From Phoronis australis (lineage: Eukaryota; Animalia; Phoronida), in the NCBI GenBank assembly GCA_002633005.1, contig NMRA01000107.1, forward strand, positions 227,492 to 291,491: a stretch of DNA of 64,000 nt. The letters are read 5' to 3'. The position numbers and the translations under genes are program-made. Below, piece after piece: positions 49,316-61,579 of the stretch. The notes under the pieces were generated by a model. That model did not search any database and had not been told where the DNA came from. It worked only from the letters and a program-made list of their open reading frames with translations. The first letter of the stretch is position 1, and each line of letters starts with the position of its first letter.

Positions 49316-50621
49316 GATAATAATGGCACGTAAGCATAGAACATGTTTTTATAATCTCTGACATTTTTTCTTTCAGAAAAATGTATACTCTAGTTGGCAT
49401 AGACTTGTGTTGTGATATGTGAGTTAGAATGGAGGTCACTGGCTAAATAAGGTTTGAGATAATCTTAAAAAATACAAGTGGGCCATTCTCCTCACCGTTT
49501 TGCTAGGCAAGCTCCTCACGGTTCATCCGCAGATGTGAGCTATGAGCTGAGCTCATTTGTATCTGAAGAGCGTCTGCTGTGACCTTCACGCCTGCGCAGA
49601 CGGACAGCTACATCCGGAGCTGTGTGCCTCTAATAAAATTAGCCTCAAGTCATTGTTGCCCGCACACAGTGAGGTAAAATGTTTAATGACACGTGAACTA
49701 CGTCAGTAGCAAACAGCGTAAATGTAGCACGATTAGAATGCGCCAGTGAGAGAAATTTATTGTAGTCAGGTGATGCAATAATTGATTATTCACAGGCTTC
49801 CGAAAGTAATCTACTTAGCACTTAACTCACCACGCCCGCGGTCGCTTGTTAGGTTAAAGAAATCCAACGAGTGAGACATTCGCCTCGTCGTATTTGCGAG
49901 GCAAACTACTCATGGTTCATTTTGCCGCAGACATGAGCTATACATGTGCAGTATGTCCAAAGCTCATTTGAATTGGAGGCGCGTAACTTTCCGTCTGCAC
50001 TGGTCCTCACTCAGCGGAAACAATGACTTCACAGTACGTTGACGACTAAGAACACATTTAAACCAATGTTACTTTAGAACGCGCTGTTGTCGTCGTTTCA
50101 GCAAGTTCCATTTCGTATCCAATTATCAGTTTTGAGGTTTTCTGTTTTATTTTCAAATTTCATATCAATATAATGCACTAAACAGCTAAACAATGTACGA
50201 ATTCAATTTAGTTTTTAGGTACGGAAGCTCAATAGTGCCATTTTGAATTGAAGGATAATTATTTGGCGGCCTTCACTTAATTATCGTTAAAACGAAGAAA
50301 TTGAACGACTTCCGTAGTGTCGCGTTCGTAGTCTCGTGCCGATGCACGAAGTATTGCAGTGTAAGTGTCATACCCATTCCAAAATACAGACCAACTGGTC
50401 TGTCTGTCAATCTTCAGTTTACTTATCACATCACTTACGACAATCAAAAAATCAGATAATAAAATATTTTTCTTCACTTCAAAACGGCACTATAGGGCCT
50501 CCGTATTTGGGTGTAAGCGTACAATATTTTGGAAATATTTTTTTCTTCAATTTTTAGCGGAGAACCAGTCGACTTTGGTACGAGCTCAGGGTCAGATCTA
50601 ACAGACAGCACCCACGTTTGA
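26764..50621 (+). CDS. MFSD2A: MFSD2A/MFSD2B-like major facilitator (GPH family) lysolipid transporter, 13 coding exons, about 504 aa
   Basis: Exons 26764-26802, 28601-28756, 28966-29087, 29535-29661, 30712-30790, 31477-31598, 38660-38750, 39750-39865, 41681-41764, 42603-42686, 44065-44315, 47780-47959, 50558-50621. All GT-AG and in phase (1515 nt). Motifs FAVGGMPYQ, GKVWDAFTDP, GRLKPWI, FHVPYTSLTMF, SHGPYVKL, IPFWQWFLSRYGKKTA, AFLLPWSMLPD and YPITEERR are typical of MFSD2. First and last exons are inferred from phase and splice fit and are less certain. A versus B orthology cannot be resolved (probably co-orthologous). Confidence 0.9.
32388..36096. mobile_element. 3.7-kb TIR element (putative non-autonomous hAT-like) nested in Kolobok copy 2
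   Basis: TIRs CAGGGCCGTAGGAAG (32388) and CTTCCTACGGGCCTG (ends 36096), G-rich subterminal tracts, flanks TCAGT/TCAGA (5-bp TSD, one mismatch). It separates two halves of the Kolobok. No transposase ORF seen. Confidence 0.55.
34570..34752. repeat. 54-55-bp minisatellite, about 3 units
   Basis: CTAAATCC(A/G)TGG...ACCATAA...AGAATAG at 34586, 34641 and 34695. Confidence 0.8.
37875..38215 (+). repeat. Dispersed repeat copy, inverted partner of 42010-42390
   Basis: Shared blocks GACCTCAGATTCGGAGTGCGATCACA, AATGACTGTGAGCGCATGCGC and AGATGGTACTTTCGTCAG appear as reverse complements at 42010-42390. Confidence 0.8.
39540..39724. repeat. 25-bp minisatellite, about 7 units
   Basis: Unit AGCGGGCTTATATACGCTTCCAGTA repeated with substitutions. 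Confidence 0.9.
39933..40393. mobile_element. PIF/Harbinger-like MITE
   Basis: TAA|TACCCCGTCACATCGGA...TCTGGTGTGACGGGGGCA|TAA: imperfect TIR with 3-bp TAA TSD, CpG-rich interior, central TTGAACATGTTCAA palindrome. Confidence 0.65.
40539..40770. mobile_element. MITE with CATGCGCGCACC TIRs
   Basis: Perfect 12-bp TIR CATGCGCGCACC / GGTGCGCGCATG, flanks CTACA/TTACA, G-rich subterminal tract. Confidence 0.6.
42010..42390 (-). repeat. Dispersed repeat copy, inverted partner of 37875-38215
   Basis: Contains CTGACGAAAGTACCATCT, GCGCATGCGCTCACAGTCATT and TGTGATCGCACTCCGAATCTGAGGTC. Confidence 0.8.
43211..43280. mobile_element. 70-bp MITE with perfect 5-bp TSD
   Basis: TATTA|CAAGGGCGGCGCA...TGCGCCGCCCATG|TATTA; same family as 534-612. 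Confidence 0.7.
44958..46535. mobile_element. Foldback-like element in MFSD2 intron 11
   Basis: Two 73-bp tandem units (CCTCGTCCCCAAGCCTCAA...) at 44958 and 45031, inverted at 46469-46535. Inner inverted arms at about 45270-45380 and 46070-46212 with TTATTC(A/G)ACGCG subrepeats. Confidence 0.6.
49273..49325. repeat. (TAA)n/(TAATGA)n microsatellite
   Basis: Directly visible. Confidence 0.9.
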
Positions 50622-52909
50622 CTTCCAGGCGTACCTACATATACTGGTGATTATTGAACAGAGTGGCTGGACACACATTTGTTACTTATTGTTTACTTCC
50701 ATTTTTCTTGAAACAAGAGATGGTTTCAAGAATTGGTACCAAGTGACAGTATGTTGTGAGTTTCTAACTTAAGTCGACATTATCGGTTTTACGATCAAAT
50801 ATGTTTTTCGACGATCAAGGGACCAGAACCCAATAGCACGCGCTGAGAAAAGATTGTTAAACGTCACTTTTCAGCGTTTTTCGGCAGCGTGTCGATTTCG
50901 CACTTGATGGGTTTATGTGATAGAACAACACATGTAAACTTCTTGTTCTTAAGTACTGGTAGACACATGGTCATTCGATCGATACAAAGTTCGTCGATTT
51001 CCGTGTGCTGTTTTCATGTCGTCATATCAGCTTTTGTAATATATTTCTTGGATTAACTACATTTTGGAATAAATTGAAATGTTTAAACTAACCCCTCAAA
51101 CTCCGAGGTTATGTGGGTAGGCACTGATATCTTGGCAATCGTCTCCATTGCATCTCCTGTTCACTGTATTCAAAATACGTCTTAAAAGTCGTCGACCGGC
51201 CTAAGGACTAGTTCTCTTTGCCACACGCTGAATGGCTAAATTTTTCAGTTGAGCTAGAATTGAAATCTCAAGATTTGATATGCGTCGAGGGTGAGGTATA
51301 GCTTCGAAAGCAAAGCGTTTCCAGGTTTAACTTCGTCCACGCTGAGAATGATATTAGAAAATAACTTTTTTCGCCGATAATGTCCTTTTAAGAGGCACTA
51401 AACTCAAAGTGATGTGAAAAATGACAACTTCAAGTGACCGAGACACCCATCGATGAAACTGATTCTCGCATTTTGCGATTGTTACACAAGTCGGAGTTCC
51501 CTTTTGCCCCAAGTTCCTGTCTTTTATTTTCAAATCCGTCACAGTCAATAACAATTCCCTGCTCGTCCAACCCTTAAACTGCAATCTTTTTTCTCAGGCG
51601 AGGACGAAGGGTTATATTTTCCAGGCGTGTCAGAAATGTCCGTTTGAAAATTTCAGTTTGTAAAAACCTGAGTTACGTGTAAATAAGTTTTTTAAACATC
51701 GTCTCAATATTCTGTCTCATGGTGTAGTTACATCCTCTTGGCAATAATTATGTTGCTATGTGACAAAAAAGACGTAATTCGTTTTAAGCGATGCACCTCA
51801 ATACTTAAGGAGGCATTTCGTGGCCGTCTAGTTGTCTATGAGTGAATTCTCAGAAACTGAAAAGCTTTGTGATAGAATCAATACCACTATCATTCGGTCT
51901 TGTATTAGACTATATGTTGCCGAATGAGCCTGCAAAGCCGGTCACAGGCAATGCGTATATGGGACATTTTCGAATTCGCAATTGAAAAGTTGGTTAACCT
52001 CGATAAACTAAGCGTTTGCTCGAGGTGCTGATAGTCGGAAATCAAGTCCTATCACGAGAAGGAAAATTGGGAGAACGATTTTTGATGAGAGTGGAAGGCG
52101 TACTTCGATTTCCGGTTTTAGCTTTTTAAACAAGCCAAATACAGCTTGAAGATTACATTGGACTATATGAAAATTAAGAAAGTTGGTTAATTTCGCAACA
52201 TCATATCTCAGTAAAAACTGATCTGATTCACACGAAACTGTCAAATGTTTTGCTTCATATAAACTACTTCAAAAACATTGTAAGGAGGTGTTTTTCAAAT
52301 GTTCCACTTTTGCACGAGGGGCTATCAAAACGGATTTGTACGATTTTCGTAAAAAGTAAAAAATAGTGTGAAACGAAATATAGGAAATGATTATTTAGAA
52401 AACTGTAACAGCGTTTTTGAGATTTCATCATCAACATTTCTATCAAACGAAATTTGGTCATGTCATTAATGCTTTTTTCTTTAGAATACATCTTCCTTTT
52501 TTGCTAAATATACTAAAAACATGGGAATGTGACCTGCTTAATTACACATTGGTAAAATGCCAAAATCGATTATTCTGCTACAGGCTTTCTACTTTCAGAA
52601 AACATACTTTCAGTGAGGTGAAATCTATAGTTTTGTAGACATTCGGCTCAGTGCATCGACTTGTTAATTAAGTCCTACATAACCGTAATCAAATTAACCT
52701 TTCTTTGAAACACTTGAGCTACGCCCAGTTGCTAATAAAGATATCGCTGCTTGGAAACGAATGCTTGGTGTCAAGTAGTCTACTATTACCATTAAAACAA
52801 TAAACAGGCATTTTACAACCAATTTCAGTCAGTGGCGGATCTAGGATAACGTGAGGGGGGCGAACAATTTAATTTCATTTTGAGACGTCAGCCAACCCCC
52901 ACCCCCAGC

Positions 52910-53006
52910 ACGTCACACACAGTCACACACACCGGCGCACACGCACACACGCAAGTACACACGCGCGCGCGCACACACAGACACACACATACACACACAC
53001 ACGCAC
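52910..53006. repeat. Degenerate (CA)n microsatellite
   Basis: Directly visible. Confidence 0.85.
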
Positions 53007-53764
53007 GATTATCCGAAGCATAAGAAACGCCAAAATTTATTTCTATGTCACTTTTACCATTCAGGGGGAGAGGCACTAGGGTACAAAAATCTGACGCTGT
53101 AAGCTGCAGTAACTTATCAGTCATTTTACAAACAGTTTAAAAAACATTTTCTGTATATTTTGAGTAGTCTCATTCTTTTGTCAATGAAGATTTCGTCTCG
53201 TGGCAACAACAAGTTGTTCGCTCCGGTGTCAGGCCTAAGCATATAGATACAGCATGCTCGTTATCTACAGAACTTTAAGAGCTGGTCAAATATCCGTCAA
53301 GCGTAATTATGTTATGCACTTTTGTCAGGTAATATGGTTAGCAATCAAATGAACTCGAGAGTGATTTAAATTTTCGTAACTATGATTCTGGCATGGTAAT
53401 ATTTATGAATCAATTTAGAATGTTTCGAGTTAAAACTAATTAAATACGCTAGAGTTCACATGTACAGGATTTATTAAATACACACGCGAAAAGTCCTCAG
53501 AATAGTATCACATGGCGTGCGCATACGTCAGGCGCATAACGTCACAACAACTTGCTTGAAGGGAGTCTCGTAAAATAACGTCAATGAATCACTTTTCTCA
53601 CGGATGCCAGCATGATTAGTGTCATATCTACTGCCTGGTGAACGTTTGCTGTTAGTCACTTAACTTGGTAGGCCTTACCCTACACTCGAACTCTCAAGAG
53701 GCATCTCACTTTCTTGGACTATAGACGAATTGTCATCTTCGAATCACAGTGAAAGAACGAACCC

Positions 53765-54955
53765 ATGATGATGGGCAAGAACGTCACAGACAATGCAACA
53801 TTTCTGCTACAACCAGTCGACCAAAGCATGATAGAATATTTTCCGACATTTAAAAAGATATGCTATGGTTACGCATATGTCTTTCTCGCTCTCGCTGGCG
53901 TCAGTGGAAACGTCGTGACTCTGATTGTCCTGAACAGCAAACGAATGGGAACCAACTCGACTACAGTTTATCTAAAATCTTTAGCTGTGAGCGATTTGTT
54001 GGTCATTTTTTCATTCCTGTTTCGTTTTCACTCGTACACCTATTTTGCGCTCACCGATTCGGAATTGTTCTACATACAATTTGCCGTTACACCGTTCATC
54101 GAGGCTTTGGAGCCAATATACACCATCGCCTTGGGAGGAACTAGTTTACTCACTCTCGCTCTTACGATTGAACGATTTCTCGTGGTTTGGTTCCCGTTTT
54201 ACACGAAGAAGAAATTTACGGCCTGCGTGGCTCGAGTAATCATCGTTACTTGCTACGTGATTGTTATCGCAATGACAATGCCGGAATTTTTTATGTATAA
54301 AGTGTACGTATCGCCACCATCGGCCTTGATAGACCTCATCAAGAAAGAATATAACATTAAGTTGCACGACACTTATTACTTCGGGAAAAGCGACTTCGGT
54401 AAACGGCCTTCCGCCATTTCGTATCACTGTGCGCTGAACAGTTACATCGTACCAATCTGCTGGCTCATCATTCCTTGGATCCTTCTCTGTGTCTTCGACA
54501 GTCTTCTCCTTTTCCGTGTATTTAAATCGAGCCACGATGCCCAAGGATCGTCTGCTCGTAAGTCCAATAAGCGTCTGACTCTCTTACTAGTACTAATGGT
54601 GTTGATGTATCTGCTCTTCAACTTTCCCGCCTGCGTTCTGAGAATCTACCGCACCCACACGCACCCCAACCTTTGCGGCGACCCGGTGAAGGAGACAGTG
54701 TCGGAATTCGATTACGCTAATGTCGTAGGCAACATGCTTGTTCTGTGTAACAGCTGCTGGAACTTCGTTTTATACTGTTCGATGGGCACGAGGTTTCGAA
54801 CAGAGTTCAAGCGAATTTTTGGATTTGGAAGATGCAGTTCAAAAGTGCGACCTGAAGGAAGACTACAGTCACAAGCTCCTCGCAACACCGCCGCTGCTGC
54901 AAACACGGGGTTTTCGTCCGCTGCTACTGTCTCGCAAAAAGGCGGAACTCAGTAA
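53765..54955 (+). CDS. Intronless class A (rhodopsin-like) GPCR, FMRFamide/sex-peptide-receptor-like orphan, 396 aa
   Basis: Single long ORF with seven hydrophobic segments, N-terminal sequons NVT and NAT, TM1 GVSGN, TM2 LAVSD, TM3 TIERF, TM6 LLFNFP, TM7 NSCWNFVLY and helix 8 GTRFR. ERF and NF-x-x-Y (in place of NPxxY) are typical of the FMRFamide-receptor-like/GPR139-142-related group. Confidence 0.92.
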   Translation: MMMGKNVTDNATFLLQPVDQSMIEYFPTFKKICYGYAYVFLALAGVSGNVVTLIVLNSKRMGTNSTTVYLKSLAVSDLLVIFSFLFRFHSYTYFALTDSELFYIQFAVTPFIEALEPIYTIALGGTSLLTLALTIERFLVVWFPFYTKKKFTACVARVIIVTCYVIVIAMTMPEFFMYKVYVSPPSALIDLIKKEYNIKLHDTYYFGKSDFGKRPSAISYHCALNSYIVPICWLIIPWILLCVFDSLLLFRVFKSSHDAQGSSARKSNKRLTLLLVLMVLMYLLFNFPACVLRIYRTHTHPNLCGDPVKETVSEFDYANVVGNMLVLCNSCWNFVLYCSMGTRFRTEFKRIFGFGRCSSKVRPEGRLQSQAPRNTAAAANTGFSSAATVSQKGGTQ

Positions 54956-55404
54956 TCCCAACGAATTACTTGTACCGGGTTTACACTCGAATGGTTTTTA
55001 CTTTAAATTCATTTAATTTTATAAGCCAATCTGAGCCGGTCAATTCGCCGCCGTCGGCCCGTGCAATAATCATCCCTGGCGATATAATGAAGGGTAGGAC
55101 CAGTGAATTAGTCACATTTTTTTCAATCACACGCTTTGCTAACAGCTCCAGCTCCTCAGTGCTGAGCTGTCCCGGGAAAGCTGTACTGTATGTAGGCCAA
55201 CGATCACAGACTTTCTAGCTTATAATTTCTCATTAGTCATGGCTGATCTATCATAGAGTTAGCGAGGTATGGAAGGCCAAAATAAAAATCAGGCCAAAGT
55301 ATTATTTTTCTCTGTAGGTCCAAAAATACTTCCAAAATAGAATTTTCACTTATGCAAGAAATAACAGTTTAAACATTATTTTCACTGTGCAATACCAAGA
55401 AAAA

Positions 55405-55812
55405 AACTAAGACCAAAATTTATCACGTCAGGACCGAAAGCTTAGCACGTCAGGACCAAAATTTAATATACCAGGACCGAAAATTAAACGGTCGTCAGGA
55501 CCGAAAACTTTGGTATCATGTCAGGAAATTTTCATGCCAGAAGACCACATGACCTTCCACAACAGTGTTGACTAGCCGTCCACAGGGCTAATGTCTCCCC
55601 GACTGAATTCCCGTTGTCTTTTCCGCGCTTTACAACAGAAACTAATATGCACATTAGACTTAAATAAAACTGAGCGTGGTTGCGTGGTCTCCTGGCATGA
55701 GAATTTTCTGTCTTGGCCTGATAAATTTTCAGTCTTGATATGATAAATTACTGGTCCCTGGCGTGATAATTTCTGACGTTGAGTTTTTTTTTTTTGGTCC
55801 TGAATCTGGTCG
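55405..55812. repeat. Inverted-arm element built of CAGGACC(G/A)AAA subrepeats
   Basis: Several GTCAGGACC(G/A)AAA units at 55426-55506, with degenerate inverse units (TTTTGGTCCTGA) at 55700-55812. Confidence 0.5.
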
Positions 55813-56449
55813 TCATAAACAACTCGGGCCTTATTTACAAGAATTCAGTCATCGATGCTCTCAATAAGAAAAGTTAGAACAGTTGAGCCTTCAGTCGGTG
55901 AATTGAAACTGAAATCACAACTTTAAATGGAAAGTGAAAAACGTTAAAGTTGAATTCAGCAGTGTTGTTTGAGGTAACATTATGGAATCTCCACATATAA
56001 TGGACAAGATAAATAAATAGTGTCGGCATTTCAGTTCAGAAACTGTTGGACTCGGTGTAACGGGCTTTAACTGTGAAAAATCTCTTCATGGCATTAAGCC
56101 ACTTTTTTGCATTTTGCGTTTATAGTCGCAGGCGACCTAATGCAGGCAGTACCAGCAGAGCCAATGCGTTATATGTGGTCACCGAATCCTCGTTTCGACC
56201 TCCAGCACGCAGTCGGCGTAGCGCGTAAGCTAAAAATTAAGTCAATTTACTGACTGTATGAACTCGTACATTTGCGAATTCTTTGGACGTTGACTAGACA
56301 GATAGGTATCGCTACTTTTGCATTTAAAGTTAATCAAGAACGATGAAGCACTGGTGCGCGCCCAAAGTGCACCGCGGCAAACGGTACGTTTCCAGTGCAG
56401 CTCATCACTCATGAAAAATACAAGGAGACAATGTGACCACGAGAGGTCG

Positions 56450-56585
56450 GGGTAGAGTTCAGTAACACTAGCGAAAAAGCAATACTTCGCGAGATTACGC
56501 GATCGAGATATTGCCGTGTATTTTAAATGAGAACACGTAATTTTGGCTAAATTTGGCGAGGTCTTAGCGTTACTGAACTCTACCC
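56450..56585. mobile_element. Small MITE
   Basis: TIR GGGTAGAGTTCAGTAAC / GTTACTGAACTCTACCC (17 bp, perfect). Confidence 0.7.
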
Positions 56586-59500
56586 AAAATTCAAGACATG
56601 TATGTACCTCCTATTTTAAAACTGACATCAAATCAAACGGCCTAAAATGAAGTTTCTGTGATTCAAAAGGTCATTAGTGAACAAAGCGAACGATGGGAAA
56701 TGAAGCCTATAGCGCCGAAAATAGCTTTAACTTTTCAGTTCGATATCCATTATAAACAATGTTAGCGTCAGCGAATATTTTCAAAGTCGATTAAACTTAA
56801 GTGTTACTTTATTTGTTTTCAGATCATCGATTTTGTCGCTTTGTTTGGGTGACTTTTTAAAGTTCAATGGTCACTACTAATAATTTGACATGACGGCGGT
56901 ACATGTATGTCGTACCGTTCTTCGCAACACTCCATTCTTCTACCCTTAATAAACGGATGTACATAAAATGTCACCGTATTTTAACCCATTCCAAACAGTT
57001 ACATAATTGTTAACTCGTGAAGTATGTTACATTTATGAACACTTACAGAAAGGCAATTTTTCAATACTTTGGGACCATTTCAGTATTCAAAAGTTTGAAT
57101 GGACTTGGCTAAATGTCAGTTGTTACCACAGCCAGTCATCAATTTCTGTAAAATACAAAAATAGACAAAAACTTGTACAATTTTCCATTAACATGGCAAA
57201 AAATCATTTAAACTTCAGTTTGAAGAAATCCTTTCATATTTAGGTGACCCAGCTACTATCCCGTTAGTCCATCCATACACATTCGTTTTCAATTTGACAT
57301 GAGAATCAATTGTGAAATCCACATTCAAGGAATGTCAGTTCTTACACTGTCACACCATTCTGGATTTAACTGGGATTCTTTTCCAACTTTTTTTAAAGAT
57401 ATTAATCTTTCACCGATAGGATCCTCTCTTAGAGTGGCGACCCAAGGGGGTTTTGCGACTTTATAAATCCGGCCACAAAATGAAGTAAATGACATTAGGA
57501 ATGAGAGACAACCTGGTTATCTCTTCCTGATAACATTTCAAACTGGACAGTCATGTTCATGTGAACAGAACGCCGCTCAAATTTGACTGCGGTATCGGAT
57601 AAAAGCAAAACAAATAGCATTGACCACCATCAGATTAGCTTGACGAACTTACCNGAAAATGGCTTCAGTGAAAACCTAAAAAATAGCCGTTTTTGCCTCA
57701 CAAATTCAAAACGTATAAATTTAAAAATGGATTTTGAAAGTTATGCCATTAAATTATTCAGCCATTGCCCTTTCAATTCGTATTATTCATTTGTTTTGAC
57801 CCTATCATACATGCTAGTAAAATGCATTCAAACATGCCTACTTCGACGCCCAATTTTGTTGCAAAATGGAGGTACAGGTCATAAAAAGAAAAATAATGAA
57901 TGAAAATTCTTAAAAAGTGAGGTTTTTCTACTTCTCAACAAACCAAACTCATGTGCTAAGTTTAAAAAAAATCGGTGATTTTGGGTATAGACTATGGATT
58001 GCACAAAGATACTATTTCCGATGGTGTTGAAAGCGATGGAAATAACGATACTTTCCCCCAAAGAATTTCAAGATTTTCTTTTGAAGATAGTTGTCAACAT
58101 CGTTGATCAAAATAGGCCCTTTTCTTAGAAAACTCGCACATATCGAGACCATTCTCGGGACTCAACGACCGTACATTGAACATGGTAAGGCGGTCAAAGC
58201 ACATGAACTGGTAATCAAGCAAACAAGGATTTCTACTATTTTTGGAGTGGAAGTTTTTCGATTCATAAACATTGAAAACTGATGGGGCTCATTACCCTCA
58301 TTGTAAATATTACATAAAAATATAAATTAATGAACTATAACAGGCTGCCACTGGAATGAACCATAATTCTCATTAACACGGGTAAATTCCGATTCTTTGC
58401 GAGAACTTGACCTTCAAACCTCGTACTCCGACATGGGGTTTTGGACCCTTCCCCAATGCAGTCTATCAAGGACCCCGAAATCACTCTCTTAGTTTCAAAG
58501 TTTACCTTCAAAGCACGACCCTACTACTAAGTGAACTTTGCCCTAACTGTCAGTACCCTAATAAAGCGAATCTTGAACTTTGCTCTCATCTCGACTCTCC
58601 CAGACGTTCATAACCCAAGTTTTCAAGACTGTTCCGCCATCTACGCAATTCCTTGGTGGTGATATTTTCCCCATATTTCATAACCAGCGCTGAATATGAG
58701 CTTTTAGTTAGTTTATTTTTTTCCGTACTTAGGCCTCCGATTCTTATACAAATATGAAAGTGGCAAATACATGCGCGTTCAGTGTCCCACCCTGAAGACT
58801 GACTTTGGCAGTACGTCGTTTCAGCAACCTGATGATTAAATGTTAAAAGGTCAATCCATATCCTAACTCGTAACGCACGTACGTGCTCAGATGACCCATC
58901 TCGTAGTGAAGTTCTGTTGAAACACTCGTGCTCAGATTTCTGCCTTCCAGGTGCCAGCAAGGCTATAGTGCAAGGAAGGGAGAGGGGTGGTGGCAATAGG
59001 GGAATCGGATGTGAAATTTGGGTCGGCAGGGGAGGGGGCAGTTGAGGGTGCGCTGCTTCCAATACCCAATGAGCAGTGGGTGTCCCACTGAATCAAGACA
59101 CGTGAACTGAGCTCCCAAGGCAGTACACGGCGGAAATGTGAACAATATTGCAGGTACCCACAAGCTAATCCCCAACAGTGACCAGAGCAGAATCCTTTTA
59201 AATACTGTAAAAATACACAAAACGTCTGCTTCAGTGAACATCACACAGTGACATAAATCGTAAAGCATAAAATTTATTTCTTTGGTTTCAATCCATGTCT
59301 TTCAGGAAGAAAGAAAAACAAGACTCACTTTTCAGTGCACATCCAGTCAGCTAAATCTGCACATACAACTAATAATAAACGAGAGATAACATAATTGGCA
59401 AAAGGAAACGAGAACTACAAAATTAGACATTAGCCTGTAACCAGCCCAATCACAACATTGGGGGCGGGACATTAGTCCTGTAAGCGACAAGAATGTGGCA

Positions 59501-60130
59501 GCTACAATTTTGTGAACAGGCTTTGAAAAGTGGTAAATTTCTACAAAAAATAATGCACCACAAGCACAAATCCTAACACTTCCACCTTTTATATTGGTCT
59601 GATGGCTCCCCGCCACCATGTCCAAAATATGAATATATTTTTGCACGCCGGGTTCAATGTTCATTCAGGCTCTCTTTCATTAGAATGCTTTTCGCAGTAT
59701 TCACAGAGGCTTATGACCAGACATAAGTAACACAAAATTACTGTTTAAATTTCGTGTAACATCGTTCACAAGTTATGCATTTTAATGAAATGGGTGCCCA
59801 GCTTGATAGTATGTGACAATAAAATAGGGTAAAACAAAATACAAGTAATATCAAACCCATGTAAAATAACTGCAAGTATAATGTCGTCATTTGTCAAGGT
59901 TTTAGTGAACATGTAAAAAATAATGCCAGATAAATGTTAACATGAAATTGATCGGAATGGCCAATACAGGAATGTAGGTAGGAGATAGACTGGTGGTGAT
60001 GTCTTGTCTCATGTGATGAAATAATACAAAATAATGTCAAGCAAAGAACACCTACAGCATAAGCAAGACTGATCTATACTTGTGAAGTTGCACTAATAAT
60101 GACAATGGGCAAATGTGATTATCAACCTGA

Positions 60131-60371
60131 GGCTGGTACAAAGAAATTGACTTTAATTCATTTTTGACTTAAGTAAGATTTGACTCAACTTTCAAACTTC
60201 GAAACTTTCACATATGGTAAAGTAGTCAAAATTAAGACAAAACTTAATTAAAAAACTTAAGATCCCTATCTTGAAATGGACTTGAGACAAATTTAAGTTT
60301 TCGTTTTATCTTAAAATTAACTGAAATTTAAGTTTTAGCCTTAGCTAAGTCAATTTTCTTGGAACGGGCCC
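60131..60371. mobile_element. AT-rich MITE-like element
   Basis: Imperfect TIR GGCTGGTACAAAGAAATTGACTT / AAGTCAATTTTCTTGGAACGGGCC with internal ACTTAAG repeats. Confidence 0.45.
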
Positions 60372-61579
60372 CTGCTCTCATACTGTCCTACTTATTGTTC
60401 CCATACTTTGTGTAAATTAACCAATTTGAAAGTGAAATATGGGCAATACTTAGTGATATAACATTAACACAACATAAACTCAATGCACGGCTGTTTAACC
60501 ATAATACTGGCAATTTGACAATAATCATTTAGGAGAACAAACAGGATCAGATCTTTTGCATATCTTGGGGCAGCATCGCCATGTGTATCACAGAGGGAGC
60601 CACAGGTGAAGACTTTGACAATAGCAAACACTAGGCTTTTTACCCATCACGATAGTGTCTACAGATTGTTCTCATAATAATATTAATAAAAATAATGTGT
60701 AAAAAATAATAAGCTAGCATCCTGACATGATTACTCAGTTGCACGAAAAGTTTACTTACTATGGTGATGTTTCCTCAAATTCGAACAAAAATGATAGCCA
60801 AAATTGTTTTTTCATTTTTCAAACACTCACAGCATTGCCAAATATGTTCAAAATGCTCATCGCATGTTTGTTTATGACAGCTGTACTACACAAAGTTTTC
60901 AAATAATGAAGTGACATCGTCTTCTTGTTTAATCTTGTTGAACATTTTGATAAAATAACATTTCACTGTTCTGCCATTTGATAGTGTGTTCTGATTTGAA
61001 GAAATTTAACCGTATAACCTAACATGACATAGCGGTAACACAGGACTTCACAAGCAGAAATACACCTTTAGGTATACAGGATAGTATTATCTGAACATAT
61101 AGTGACCACGTAGGATGCCCTGCCAAACAAGTAGATATGCCAAAGTGACTAGAAAGAGAAGCAACAAAGCACTCGCAACACAAGCTTGGCTAACTATACC
61201 TCTGTCGCATTCTGGAAGCCGACAAACTCAAGCACCTATCAGGCATGCCATCCTAGAAATTGCATTCTACAGTAATGGAAGGCAGTTTGACTAGTTACCT
61301 GGTAATCTAAAAATAATACAAATAATGTAATAAAGAAAGAACAAAATAACTGGCAGATAACGCTGAACCAGCTTGAAAAAAAACTTTGGACTCAAAACAA
61401 TAAATTGATGATTTCACAGCTATGCAGAGAAAGTCTCTGCGATGAACAACATTGCTTATCGGACACAAAAAACTAGACTTTCATAGAAAATGTAACTGTA
61501 GTCTCCTTCAACCCAGCTGATACAACTTAAACTATGATCAGCGCTCTTTCGACATGAGTTGGAGTGGCGTACTGTGCTG

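Noticed and set aside
58586-59268. 158-aa and 101-aa minus-strand ORFs
   Set aside because: No recognisable domain or splice structure; downstream of or within the probable SLC6 3' UTR. BLASTx would be needed to revive them.
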